A stretch of DNA of 64,000 nucleotides from the NCBI GenBank assembly GCA_029856045.1, contig JAHQWG010000033.1:52397-116396 (forward strand), given 5' to 3'. The translations under genes were made by a program, and so were the position numbers. Shown here in pieces: positions 38,165-47,115 of the stretch; position 1 is the stretch's first letter; every line of letters begins with the position of its first letter. The notes under the pieces were generated by a model that was not told where the DNA came from, did not search any database, and saw nothing but the letters and a program-made list of their open reading frames with translations. Source of the DNA: Promethearchaeia archaeon. GTDB taxonomy: Archaea > Asgardarchaeota > Lokiarchaeia > Sigyniarchaeales > SOKP01.

Positions 38165-39298
38165 TTACTCATCATCTGCTTTTGGAATTTTGGGAAGTAT
38201 CCTTCCAGAAACTTTAATTGTTTTAGGTTTAGTTTGATTATCTTTAGTTGTTCCTAAAGTGTCTTTCTTTGCACTCGATGTCTTAGATATGACCTTTTTA
38301 GCTGTTTTTTTTGTAGGTGTTTTTTTACTTATCGTTTTAGTGGATATTTTTTTAGCTGGCGTTCTAGAGGTTGTTTTTTTTACCGGAGTTCTAGTTGATG
38401 TTTTATTATTTCTTATTGGAGTCTTTTTATCTAATGTTAATACTTCAATCCCTTTTATTATAGCACGTTCCTCATCAATATAAACCTTTATCTTATTATT
38501 TTCTAGGTCAATTATTCCACTAGGAAATTTTTTAATTCTTTCCCATTCTATATCCTCAACTTCCTCTCCAAGAACAGTAGTTATCTTAGAGACCGCTCCA
38601 TATAAATAGTTCCCCATTATGATATTTTGCCGTTTATATCCAGCTGGAATTTCATTTTTTAAAATTTCATTCAAAATTCTTTTAACTTGATCTTGAGAAA
38701 AAGATGATTTTTTAGTAGTGTATCCAGGACTTATACTTGATGGAGTTATTGGAATAGGTTTAGAAGTTACTTTTTCATTTACTTGAGGTTTAAAAACAGG
38801 AGATACTAGAGTAGATTCCATAGCATTCCCATTAAAACTACCTAAAGCTGGGGAATAATAATCTGTACTTTCTACTTTCTTCGAAACCGGATCTGCATCC
38901 AGAATTATCCCTTGAATCTTACCATCTCTTTCTATATTTCTAATATATCTCATATCTGGTAATCTTTCAGTTACTTCCATCGATTCTAGACCAAACACAT
39001 TCAAAAATTCGACCAATTCATCGCCTTGATCGATTGATTTTATTATACATCGATGAAATCCTGCTGATTTTATTAATTCATTTTGCAGTTCTTGGGCAAC
39101 TCGTGAAGATATGAATCTCTTCCGAACTGGAGACTTAGAACCTTTCCAAATAAAAATTCTCCTTAGATCTTCCCTAACTATCACAAATACCTGATTAGGA
39201 TCTAAAATTGATCCTAATTCTTCAGAAGATATATTCAGTTCATTTCTATTTCCATCATCTAATAATTCAAAAGCCATAAATTCCTTGTATTCAGTCAT
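38165..39298 (-). CDS. gelsolin-repeat domain protein (Asgard 1DGelX-like) with a K/T-rich basic tail
   Basis: 377 aa. LDPNQVFVIVREDLRRIFIWKGSKSPVRKRFISSRVAQELQNE..CIIKSIDQGDELVEFLNVFG matches the gelsolin repeat pattern. The C-terminal ~85 aa carry reiterated (S/T)KKT units. Confidence 0.7.
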   Translation of the reverse strand: MTEYKEFMAFELLDDGNRNELNISSEELGSILDPNQVFVIVREDLRRIFIWKGSKSPVRKRFISSRVAQELQNELIKSAGFHRCIIKSIDQGDELVEFLNVFGLESMEVTERLPDMRYIRNIERDGKIQGIILDADPVSKKVESTDYYSPALGSFNGNAMESTLVSPVFKPQVNEKVTSKPIPITPSSISPGYTTKKSSFSQDQVKRILNEILKNEIPAGYKRQNIIMGNYLYGAVSKITTVLGEEVEDIEWERIKKFPSGIIDLENNKIKVYIDEERAIIKGIEVLTLDKKTPIRNNKTSTRTPVKKTTSRTPAKKISTKTISKKTPTKKTAKKVISKTSSAKKDTLGTTKDNQTKPKTIKVSGRILPKIPKADDE

Positions 39299-39656
39299 TA
39301 TTCTTCTTTATACTTGTCTCAAATTAAAAGCAATTTTCTCTATAACCTTTAGATAAAAGCTCTCTTATTTGAATATTTTTATTTTTAATTTTGTCTAAAT
39401 CTACAAAAACTAATATATTCATATAATATCTATATATATTTTTATCCATCTTCATGTTTTAGATTAATACTATAGGATAATTATGATCTAATCGAAAATA
39501 ATTCTATAACGACCATTAAACTCTCGTCTAGCAACCAAATTATCTTAATTTAATCAAAAATATTAATACAAATTTAACAATAATTATATAAATCTTTATT
39601 CTCATATTGTTATTAAATTAAATTAATCAATTTCATTATTAAAAGGTTTGAATAAA

Positions 39657-40340
39657 ATGGGAGTAAATTTTTGCCCAAGTTGTGGTGATCCTTTACAACC
39701 TGGTCAGAAGTTCTGTGAAAAATGCGGTGCTAAAATTGATGACTCTGCACCAGTACCTTCTCAAACTAAAAGTGCTACCAGCCCCGTTCGAAGTGGTGGA
39801 ATCTTTGATATTAACAGAAACTACTATGTCTTGAAAGAGAAATACTGGGATTGGGGGTCTGGCGATATTCTTGATGAAAAGGGGCAACCCATCGGGAGAA
39901 TGCATCGAAAAATAATTTCACTTAGAAGGAAAGTTGAGCTTATGGAATTGGATGGTACTATCCAAGCAACAATTCATGCTAAGATTGTTAGTGCAAGAGG
40001 ATCTCAAGATTTGAAAGATCCAGAGGGAAATATGATCGCTAGAATCAAAAAATCAATAACTAGTGTTTTTCGCCCTAAATTTTACTTAGAATCTCCTGAT
40101 GGAGATAAATGGTATGAAGCTCAAGGTAAATTCATGGGTTGGTCCTACAAAGTCACAAATTTTAAAACTGGTGAGTTAGTTGCAGAAATCGAGAAAGCTG
40201 ATCGGTGGAGGGATGTTTTTTTGGGTGGTATGTTCGATTTTAAGGACACATACGCCTTACGGATTCATGATAATAAAACTGATAGGCGTATTTTAGTGGG
40301 GTTTGTTCTTTCAATTGATAATGTCTTGCATGATAAATAA
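39657..40340 (+). CDS. zinc-ribbon fused to a LURP-one-related/Tubby-C-like (scramblase-fold, DUF567) domain
   Basis: ATG at 39657 preferred over TTG at 39648. FCPSCGDPLQPGQKFCEKCG, then YYVLKEKYWDWGSGDILDEKGQPIG..KVELMELDGT..FYLESPDG..YALRIHDN..RILVGFVLSID is typical of the LOR family. Confidence 0.65.
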   Translation: MGVNFCPSCGDPLQPGQKFCEKCGAKIDDSAPVPSQTKSATSPVRSGGIFDINRNYYVLKEKYWDWGSGDILDEKGQPIGRMHRKIISLRRKVELMELDGTIQATIHAKIVSARGSQDLKDPEGNMIARIKKSITSVFRPKFYLESPDGDKWYEAQGKFMGWSYKVTNFKTGELVAEIEKADRWRDVFLGGMFDFKDTYALRIHDNKTDRRILVGFVLSIDNVLHDK

Positions 40341-40523
40341 TATTTAATTCTTTTTTTTTCTTAACTTCTTTTTTCAAAAATAGTGATAAAAATGATATCA
40401 TTTTTAGGAACCCTATTTAACTAGTACAATTTATTCAAACCTAAAGTAATTATTGAAAGATATTTTATTTTAATTAAGAAGATATTTATATAAATAAGTA
40501 GAAATAATAATAGGTTTTTTACA

Positions 40524-41312
40524 ATGAGTATGATTCGTCTCTTAAAATTAAAGGATTACATCACTCTTTCAGGGACAATTTGTGGGATTTTTGCTTTAAT
40601 GATTGGAATTATAATTAAAGATTTAGCTTTGGGATTTTTTTTAATTATGATTTGTCAAGGGACAGATCTGTTAGATGGATATGTAGCAAGAAAATTAAAT
40701 CAAAAAAATGAAATTGGAAAAGAAATAGATTCATTAAATGATTTATTTTGTTTTGGAGTTGTTCCTGCAATGTTAATTTTTATTAACTATTGTGATGATT
40801 TGCCCTTTGAATTAATTTTTTACATTCCAGCGATCATTATATTCATTTTGTGTGCTCTACTTAGATTAGCAAGATTTAATATTATGGATGCAAAGGGATA
40901 TACAGGGATAGTAACTCCTTTATCCGGTTTAATGGTGACCTTCTTTTATTATATAGATTATTTTAGTATTCAAACTTTTGAAGAAAATAATTTTATTTCA
41001 ATTTGGGTTCAATTACTATTTCCATTTTTATTAGGATTTTTGGGTTACTTAAATATTACTACTTTTATTATATATGGTGAAGAGATAAAGAAAAAGTCTG
41101 GTAACTTAAAATATGTCTTTATTATCGGAGGCATTCTCACAATCGTAATCGGTATAATTGGACTAACTTTTCCAAAACAGTTGGCGGCTCTACCTTTACT
41201 TATTATATTTATAGGATCTTTTGTATTAGGATGGTTTTATATTTTTATTGGTTTTAAAAATTATTTAAATTCAAGAAAGAATATTAAAAAGGAACTTAAT
41301 TCAACTAACTAA
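40524..41312 (+). CDS. CDP-alcohol phosphatidyltransferase (archaetidylserine synthase-like)
   Basis: 262 aa. DGx2ARx8Gx3Dx3D as DLLDGYVARKLNQKNEIGKEIDSLND, polytopic. The stop overlaps the convergent gene's stop by 2 nt. Confidence 0.85.
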   Translation: MSMIRLLKLKDYITLSGTICGIFALMIGIIIKDLALGFFLIMICQGTDLLDGYVARKLNQKNEIGKEIDSLNDLFCFGVVPAMLIFINYCDDLPFELIFYIPAIIIFILCALLRLARFNIMDAKGYTGIVTPLSGLMVTFFYYIDYFSIQTFEENNFISIWVQLLFPFLLGFLGYLNITTFIIYGEEIKKKSGNLKYVFIIGGILTIVIGIIGLTFPKQLAALPLLIIFIGSFVLGWFYIFIGFKNYLNSRKNIKKELNSTN

Positions 41313-42802
41313 TTTGCCAATCTTTCAATCCAATTTTTAATTCGATTTTTCAGTACTTTTTGTACATCCTCATCAAGCTTTCCTTTATTTTTGACATCTG
41401 TTATCCAACGGCGTATATCATTTAGTATTACAGAGAAGCCTTTATTTTCAAGAATATAGTCATTTAATTCTTCTAAATGTTTTGCAATTACATTTCCATT
41501 TTTACTATCTAATTCTTCTGAAATTGCGATAAATCGAGAGCCAATCTCGGTCAATTCTCCCTTTAGAACTCCACTTTTAAGAATTTCATCTTTAATGGAT
41601 TTCAATGGTGCTTTTTCTTTCTTTTCTTCAATGACCTCAATAATTTTTTCCTTTTCTTCAATAAATGTAGAAATTGTATCGATTTCTTTACCAATTGGCT
41701 CTTTCTTCTCAGCAATTTCTCCAGATGGAGGAGGAATTTTTATTTCTTCAGATTTTTTTATGATTTTAATTGGCATTTGTTTTGTTTTTTCAAACAGAAA
41801 TTGAAATGCCTGATTATTTTGGTGAATTGGTGAAGACATAAAGTTAAAAACGTTTGCTAATAATTCAAATATTTTTTGGCTAAGAGATTCATCAAAAATG
41901 GAGAATTTTTCTTCTTCTTTTTCTAAGACCATATTAAAAGTTTTCTCTTGATCACTAATAGTTTGTTCATACTCGTACATTAAATCAAATAAACTCATTC
42001 GAATCTCATTTTCAATTTTCCCAACTTGAGAAGATATTTCATTAATGTTTTGCTGTAAGATCTCTGAATTTTTTTTAAACACATCAGGTAATTTTTCATT
42101 GAAACTTTCTTTAATTTCATTAATTTTATTATCAATAATTTTATCTACTAATAATTTTATATCTTTCTGCTTTTTTTTAAGGTTAAATTCTTCGAGATTT
42201 TCCATAATTTCTTGTTTCGTATTCTCGATTTGTTTTACAAAATTTTGAAAATGTAAATTGAAAACGTTCTCTACCATTTTATAAAATTTACTGGTATTGT
42301 TTAATAATAGATTTAATTCAGGGATTAATGAAACTCCATCTTCATAATCCGCTTTTATTAAACTTAAATTTGCTACAATTGTGGTTTTTGCTTCTTGAAA
42401 ATTCTTAATATAATTTTTTAAATTTAATAAAAATCCAGATTCTTCTTTAATCTCATTAAAAATTTTGGATATTTTATCAGGTAATTCATTGGCCATTTGA
42501 TTTGATTTAACATCAAATTTCTCATAATAATTTAAAAATGCACGATATGGGGGTATAGCGTAATAATAAGGTGTAATTTCCTCGGAAGATTCTGAGTTAG
42601 AAATACACAAACCTTTAGTTAAAAGCTCTTCGATTAAACTTTTATTTAATTCTTCATTTGTAGTTTCTGTAATTGATGAGATTTCTTCCATTGTTAAGGG
42701 AGGTCTCCCAATAATTTTTAAATAAAGGTCAAGACTATCATGTGAAAGATCCAATTCATTTAATAATTGAGTTAAAAAATCTTTATCATTATTATTTGCC
42801 AT
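41309..42802 (-). CDS. winged-helix (TrmB-like N-terminus) coiled-coil protein
   Basis: ATG at 42802 (track start is TTG at 42808). N-terminal LYLKIIGRPPLTMEEISSITETTNEELNKSLIEELLTKGL, a long K/E/N-rich coiled coil, and a C-terminal helical module similar to that of 35927..38089. Confidence 0.45.
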   Translation of the reverse strand: MANNNDKDFLTQLLNELDLSHDSLDLYLKIIGRPPLTMEEISSITETTNEELNKSLIEELLTKGLCISNSESSEEITPYYYAIPPYRAFLNYYEKFDVKSNQMANELPDKISKIFNEIKEESGFLLNLKNYIKNFQEAKTTIVANLSLIKADYEDGVSLIPELNLLLNNTSKFYKMVENVFNLHFQNFVKQIENTKQEIMENLEEFNLKKKQKDIKLLVDKIIDNKINEIKESFNEKLPDVFKKNSEILQQNINEISSQVGKIENEIRMSLFDLMYEYEQTISDQEKTFNMVLEKEEEKFSIFDESLSQKIFELLANVFNFMSSPIHQNNQAFQFLFEKTKQMPIKIIKKSEEIKIPPPSGEIAEKKEPIGKEIDTISTFIEEKEKIIEVIEEKKEKAPLKSIKDEILKSGVLKGELTEIGSRFIAISEELDSKNGNVIAKHLEELNDYILENKGFSVILNDIRRWITDVKNKGKLDEDVQKVLKNRIKNWIERLAN

Positions 42803-42965
42803 AATCAAGCACTATTAGTGAGTAATGATTTTTATAATATTTGATTTGATTTTATATCTTTGTTTGTAGTTTTGATTAGGAGTTTTAAAATTATATAAAT
42901 TCTAAGGTTCTTTTAAAATAATAATAAAAAAAAAGATTAAGTTAAAAATGTGAGTATTGGTAATA

Positions 42966-44090
42966 ATGGAGATTGATAAGATATCAATTGGAACCGAAGC
43001 AACTTTCCTTCCACCTTTTGAAAATGGCATTAAGACGGTAAAAAGACTTGAAGAAACCGGATATGCTTCTTTATGGTGGGCAGACCACTTAATGGGTTGG
43101 ATACCCGAATCTATCTGGACTCCAGATATTATTAATGTAGCAGCTTATCAGAAAACACCCCATTTTTTCTTTGAAGCTTATACTACGATTGCTGTTGCGG
43201 CTTGGAATACCGAAAGAGTAAAATTGGGCACATCTGTTACTGAAACTTTTAGGAGACATCCTGCTGTACTTGCACAGTCCTTTTTAACTTTAGATCATCT
43301 CTCTAAAGGCAGAGTAATTCTTGGTATCGGAGCTGGTGAAGGTGAAAACGTCATTCCATATGGAATTGAATGGAATAAACCAGTGAGTAGATTGGAAGAA
43401 GCGATTAAAATTATTAAACTTCTTTGGAAAAATGATAAAAAAGTGGATTTCGATGGAAATTTCTGGAAATTAAAAGATGCAATTCTTGCAATGGGTCCCT
43501 ATAAAAATGGGGAATATCCTCCAATATGGATTGGGGCACACGGACCTAAAATGCTTGAATTAACAGGAAAATTAGGAGATGGGTGGTTACCTGCAAATCT
43601 AGATCTCAATTCCTATAAGAAAGGGCTTAAAATTATTCAAGAGTCAGCAAAAAAAGTTGGTAAAAATCTAGACAACTTCACTCCAGCATTATGGTGTTAC
43701 GCAATTTTAGATGAGGATCATGAGGGTTGTTTAAATATGCTTGAAGCTCCATTAATTAAATGTCTTGCGTTAGTTATGTCCCATGAAAAATTCAATCAAT
43801 ACGGTATTTCACACCCTCTAGGTGAGAATTATAGAGGTCTTTTCGATTTTATCCCCACTAGGGTTGATCGAAAAACAGTGCTAGAAGCAATTGAGAAAAT
43901 TCCAAAAAAAATGTGCGAAGATATCTACTTATATGGAACTCCTGATGAAATTATTGGAAAAATAGAAGAGTATGCTAAAGTTGGTCTCAAACATATAGTA
44001 ATCCAAAACGCTACTATTTTTTCGGGTGTTAAAGAAATCAAGACTTCATTTAACTGTTTAAAGAAGGTGTTAAACTATTTTAATGGATAA
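42966..44090 (+). CDS. LLM-class (luciferase-like) F420-dependent oxidoreductase, Mer-like
   Basis: ATG at 42966. SLWWADH, LGIGAGEGEN, IWIGAHGPKMLELTGKLGDGWLP. Confidence 0.8.
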   Translation: MEIDKISIGTEATFLPPFENGIKTVKRLEETGYASLWWADHLMGWIPESIWTPDIINVAAYQKTPHFFFEAYTTIAVAAWNTERVKLGTSVTETFRRHPAVLAQSFLTLDHLSKGRVILGIGAGEGENVIPYGIEWNKPVSRLEEAIKIIKLLWKNDKKVDFDGNFWKLKDAILAMGPYKNGEYPPIWIGAHGPKMLELTGKLGDGWLPANLDLNSYKKGLKIIQESAKKVGKNLDNFTPALWCYAILDEDHEGCLNMLEAPLIKCLALVMSHEKFNQYGISHPLGENYRGLFDFIPTRVDRKTVLEAIEKIPKKMCEDIYLYGTPDEIIGKIEEYAKVGLKHIVIQNATIFSGVKEIKTSFNCLKKVLNYFNG

Positions 44091-44274
44091 AATATTTTAT
44101 TTTACTTTCTTTTTTAATTTAAATCACTCTAGAATTTTCAGATTCTTCACTGACAAATCTAAAGTTAAGAGAAAGAAAGAAATTTAAATTATTTAACATA
44201 TATACTCTTGAGAAAATAGAAATTATTAAAATTAATTATATTATCCTATCATAAAAAAATGAGGTTAAATACAA

Positions 44275-45024
44275 ATGATTGTCCCCTATACTCTCCCGCT
44301 TGATTTATTAGAAGTATTTCAAGGAAGTTTTAGTTTGATTTTTGCTATTATTTCAATATTTGTAGGATTACGAATTCTATTTAAATATTTTGAATATAAG
44401 AGAAGAGAATTAATCCTTGTCGGAATATCATGGATTGGAATAGCGAGTCCTTGGATTCCTGATTCAATTAATTTTATAATGATTTTAGGCTTTAGTTCTA
44501 TTCTTACAGAAGAAGCCTATCTCATTATCGGAAATGTTTTTATGCCGTTTTTCATTATTTGCTGGTTAATAGTAATTACCGATTTTTTGTATAAAGTAAG
44601 ACAAAAGGTGATACTCATATTATGTCTTATTTGGACTGTAATTTTCGAAATAATTTTTTTTACATTACTCTTTATTGACTCTACATTAGTTGGAACATTT
44701 CTAGGACCATTTCAAGTAGAATTTGGTGATTTTATCACATTTACGTTATTATTTACTATTGTTATATTATTAATAAGTGGCTTATTGTTTGCTCGAGAAT
44801 CACTAAAGTCAGAGGATAAAGAAATTAAATTGAAAGGGAAATTTCTCATAGCTGCATTTCTTTCATTCACTATTGGTGCGATTTTAGACTCATCAATTTC
44901 ATTAATACCAATAACTGTAGTAATTACTAGGTTAATTTTAATATCAAGCGCAATTGAATTTTATCTCGGCTTTATCTTACCTAAATGGGTAAAAAAATTT
45001 TTAATTAAGGGATTAAAAAGGTAA
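44275..45024 (+). CDS. hypothetical polytopic membrane protein (about 7 TM)
   Basis: 249 aa, hydrophobic throughout, no family motif recognised. RBS gaggt lies upstream. Confidence 0.45.
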   Translation: MIVPYTLPLDLLEVFQGSFSLIFAIISIFVGLRILFKYFEYKRRELILVGISWIGIASPWIPDSINFIMILGFSSILTEEAYLIIGNVFMPFFIICWLIVITDFLYKVRQKVILILCLIWTVIFEIIFFTLLFIDSTLVGTFLGPFQVEFGDFITFTLLFTIVILLISGLLFARESLKSEDKEIKLKGKFLIAAFLSFTIGAILDSSISLIPITVVITRLILISSAIEFYLGFILPKWVKKFLIKGLKR

Positions 45025-45175
45025 TAAATTAAATTTTTATGAGAAGATAAATAAAATTTAATGAGTTTATTAAAAGAATTCTGTAAAAACCTAAAAATTT
45101 TTTTTAATTAAAAGTTTTATTATTAAATAAAAGACATTTTTTTTAATTGGTATAAGATATTTTGTAGGCTAGAAC

Positions 45176-46546
45176 ATGATAGAACTCCAAAAAGAAGATT
45201 TATTCATTTTTATCGATATAACAACTGATTTCTTAAAAAAAAAGACACTTTTTAAAGGACTTAAAGAATTAATTGATAAAAAGAAACAATTCAATATTTT
45301 AACAATATTTAATTTGCTGTTATTCAAAGAAGATGCCAATCCTTTATTGATAATGGATAAAACCTCTTATGGAGAGATAATTGATATTTTATCTGAAAAC
45401 TGGAGTTATAGAAATAAAACAAGCCTATTTGAGAATGGGATGTTTCTAACTTTATCTGAAATTCTAAAGAAAGCAAAAAAAGGTGTTGCAAATTATCGTA
45501 TTATTGTAATTACAGATAGTCCAAGTGAAATCCCCGAAGAAATGCAAGCAACCTTATTTGATCTTATAAGCAAGGTAAAGATTCTTCCAACATTCATAGA
45601 TATTGTAAGAGTAGGAGATAAAAAATTCTATGCTGATGATGTAAAACTTAAAATAATTACAATGGAAACTACTGGTGGGATGTTTTATGCTGATTCTACT
45701 AATTATTTTATGAACATTATGAATATTCTTGCAAAAAATAAACAAATTCAAAATGTTATTGTTGGAGAAATTAAGAAACAGATACAACCAGAAGATAAAA
45801 CATTTTATGAAAAACTAGCTAGTGATTTACTTTCTCCAGAATCTGGAGAAGAATTAACTTGCACAATATGTAATATGCCCATTTGTCCAATATGTTTAGA
45901 TAAAAATGATACTCCTCACAAATGTTTTAATTGTAATATTTCCTATCATGAATGCTGCGCTGCCCAATATTCCGCACTTAAAAACATTGGGCTTATTCAT
46001 ATTTTTAGATGCGCTGGTTGTGGTACTCTATTAAAATTAGAGGAAAATATGGTTCTCGAAAAAGCAAAAAATATTGAACAATTAAAATTTATTGAAGAAG
46101 ATATTGAAACTTTAGAGGAAAAAAGAAGGGAAGCAGTCAAAACTCCGATTCCTTCTAGTTCCGAAGAATTTATCTCAATATCTTCCGAAACAGAAATTTC
46201 AGATGAAAATAAAGCTGATTTTATAATTGTAGACAGTGAAGAGTCAAAAACATTTGAAGATTTAGTACCTTCTCCCCCACCTCCACCAACTATCAAGAAA
46301 AAGATAAGAATTGGAGGTTTTTTTGGACCTGAAATAGAAATAGAAGAAAAACAACAACAACAACCTCAAAAAGAAATAAAACCGCAAAAATATTGGTCTC
46401 CTACTGGATCAACATCTTCCCAAATTTCTTCTATTACTCAATTAAATCCTCCAAAAACAAAACCTCTATTAAGGTTTTGCAAAATTTGTGGAGGGCCAAT
46501 AAAAGGAAATGATAAGGCTTGTAGGTCATGCGGAGCTCCTGTTTAG
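45176..46546 (+). CDS. vWA-like domain protein with a C4HC3 PHD/RING-like zinc finger and a C-terminal zinc ribbon
   Basis: 456 aa. vWA strands LFIFIDITTD, RIIVITDSPSE, TFIDIVRVGD, METTGGMFY. Finger Cx2Cx4Cx2Cx9Cx2Cx4Hx2Cx17Cx2C (aa 229-282). Acidic, PPPPP and QQQQ linker. FCKICGGPIKGNDKACRSCG at the end. Confidence 0.6.
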   Translation: MIELQKEDLFIFIDITTDFLKKKTLFKGLKELIDKKKQFNILTIFNLLLFKEDANPLLIMDKTSYGEIIDILSENWSYRNKTSLFENGMFLTLSEILKKAKKGVANYRIIVITDSPSEIPEEMQATLFDLISKVKILPTFIDIVRVGDKKFYADDVKLKIITMETTGGMFYADSTNYFMNIMNILAKNKQIQNVIVGEIKKQIQPEDKTFYEKLASDLLSPESGEELTCTICNMPICPICLDKNDTPHKCFNCNISYHECCAAQYSALKNIGLIHIFRCAGCGTLLKLEENMVLEKAKNIEQLKFIEEDIETLEEKRREAVKTPIPSSSEEFISISSETEISDENKADFIIVDSEESKTFEDLVPSPPPPPTIKKKIRIGGFFGPEIEIEEKQQQQPQKEIKPQKYWSPTGSTSSQISSITQLNPPKTKPLLRFCKICGGPIKGNDKACRSCGAPV

Positions 46547-46550
46547 ATTC

Positions 46551-47003
46551 TTAAATATTTTGTCCTAGTATCTCTTGAAATATTGTTTTTATATCTTTTT
46601 GCATAGGAGGGCAACCTTCTATAATATAATCTACCGGAATTACTTCTGATAGATCTTCTGAATCTATTGCTAAATTTTTTAAATTTTGACCTTCAAGATT
46701 GAATATCTCTTGCCTCTCGGTTCCGCAATCTCCAAAGGATATGATAATATGATTTTTCTTAATACTCTGCCAGATTTCTAATAATTTCTCTCTATGGATT
46801 TTCAATAAACATCCTGTAATTAATAAACAATTGCAATCTTCAGGATTATTTGTTTGTGAAATTTTTTTAAATCCGTTTTCTTTTTTATGTAGTAAAAATG
46901 AAGTGAGAGCTAAACTACATTTATTACATTCACCAAGATTTAAGATATATATCTTTATTTTACCAGTTATCAATGATTTTTTGGACGTCAAGTTATTAAT
47001 CAT
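46551..47003 (-). CDS. NuoB/EchC/MbhJ-type [4Fe-4S] small-subunit-like protein (Oxidored_q6), orphan
   Basis: 150 aa. IYILNLGECNKCSLAL, CLLITGCLL, IIISFGDCGTE and PVDYIIEGCPP are collinear with energy-converting hydrogenase/complex I small subunits. Confidence 0.7.
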   Translation of the reverse strand: MINNLTSKKSLITGKIKIYILNLGECNKCSLALTSFLLHKKENGFKKISQTNNPEDCNCLLITGCLLKIHREKLLEIWQSIKKNHIIISFGDCGTERQEIFNLEGQNLKNLAIDSEDLSEVIPVDYIIEGCPPMQKDIKTIFQEILGQNI

Positions 47004-47115
47004 CTTACAATATGAGAAGTCTCTGAAAATACATAATTTTTTATATAATATTATTATACCTAATTTTTATTAAATATAACTCAGCTCTTCTAATTGAAAA
47101 TATACTTATAAAATT

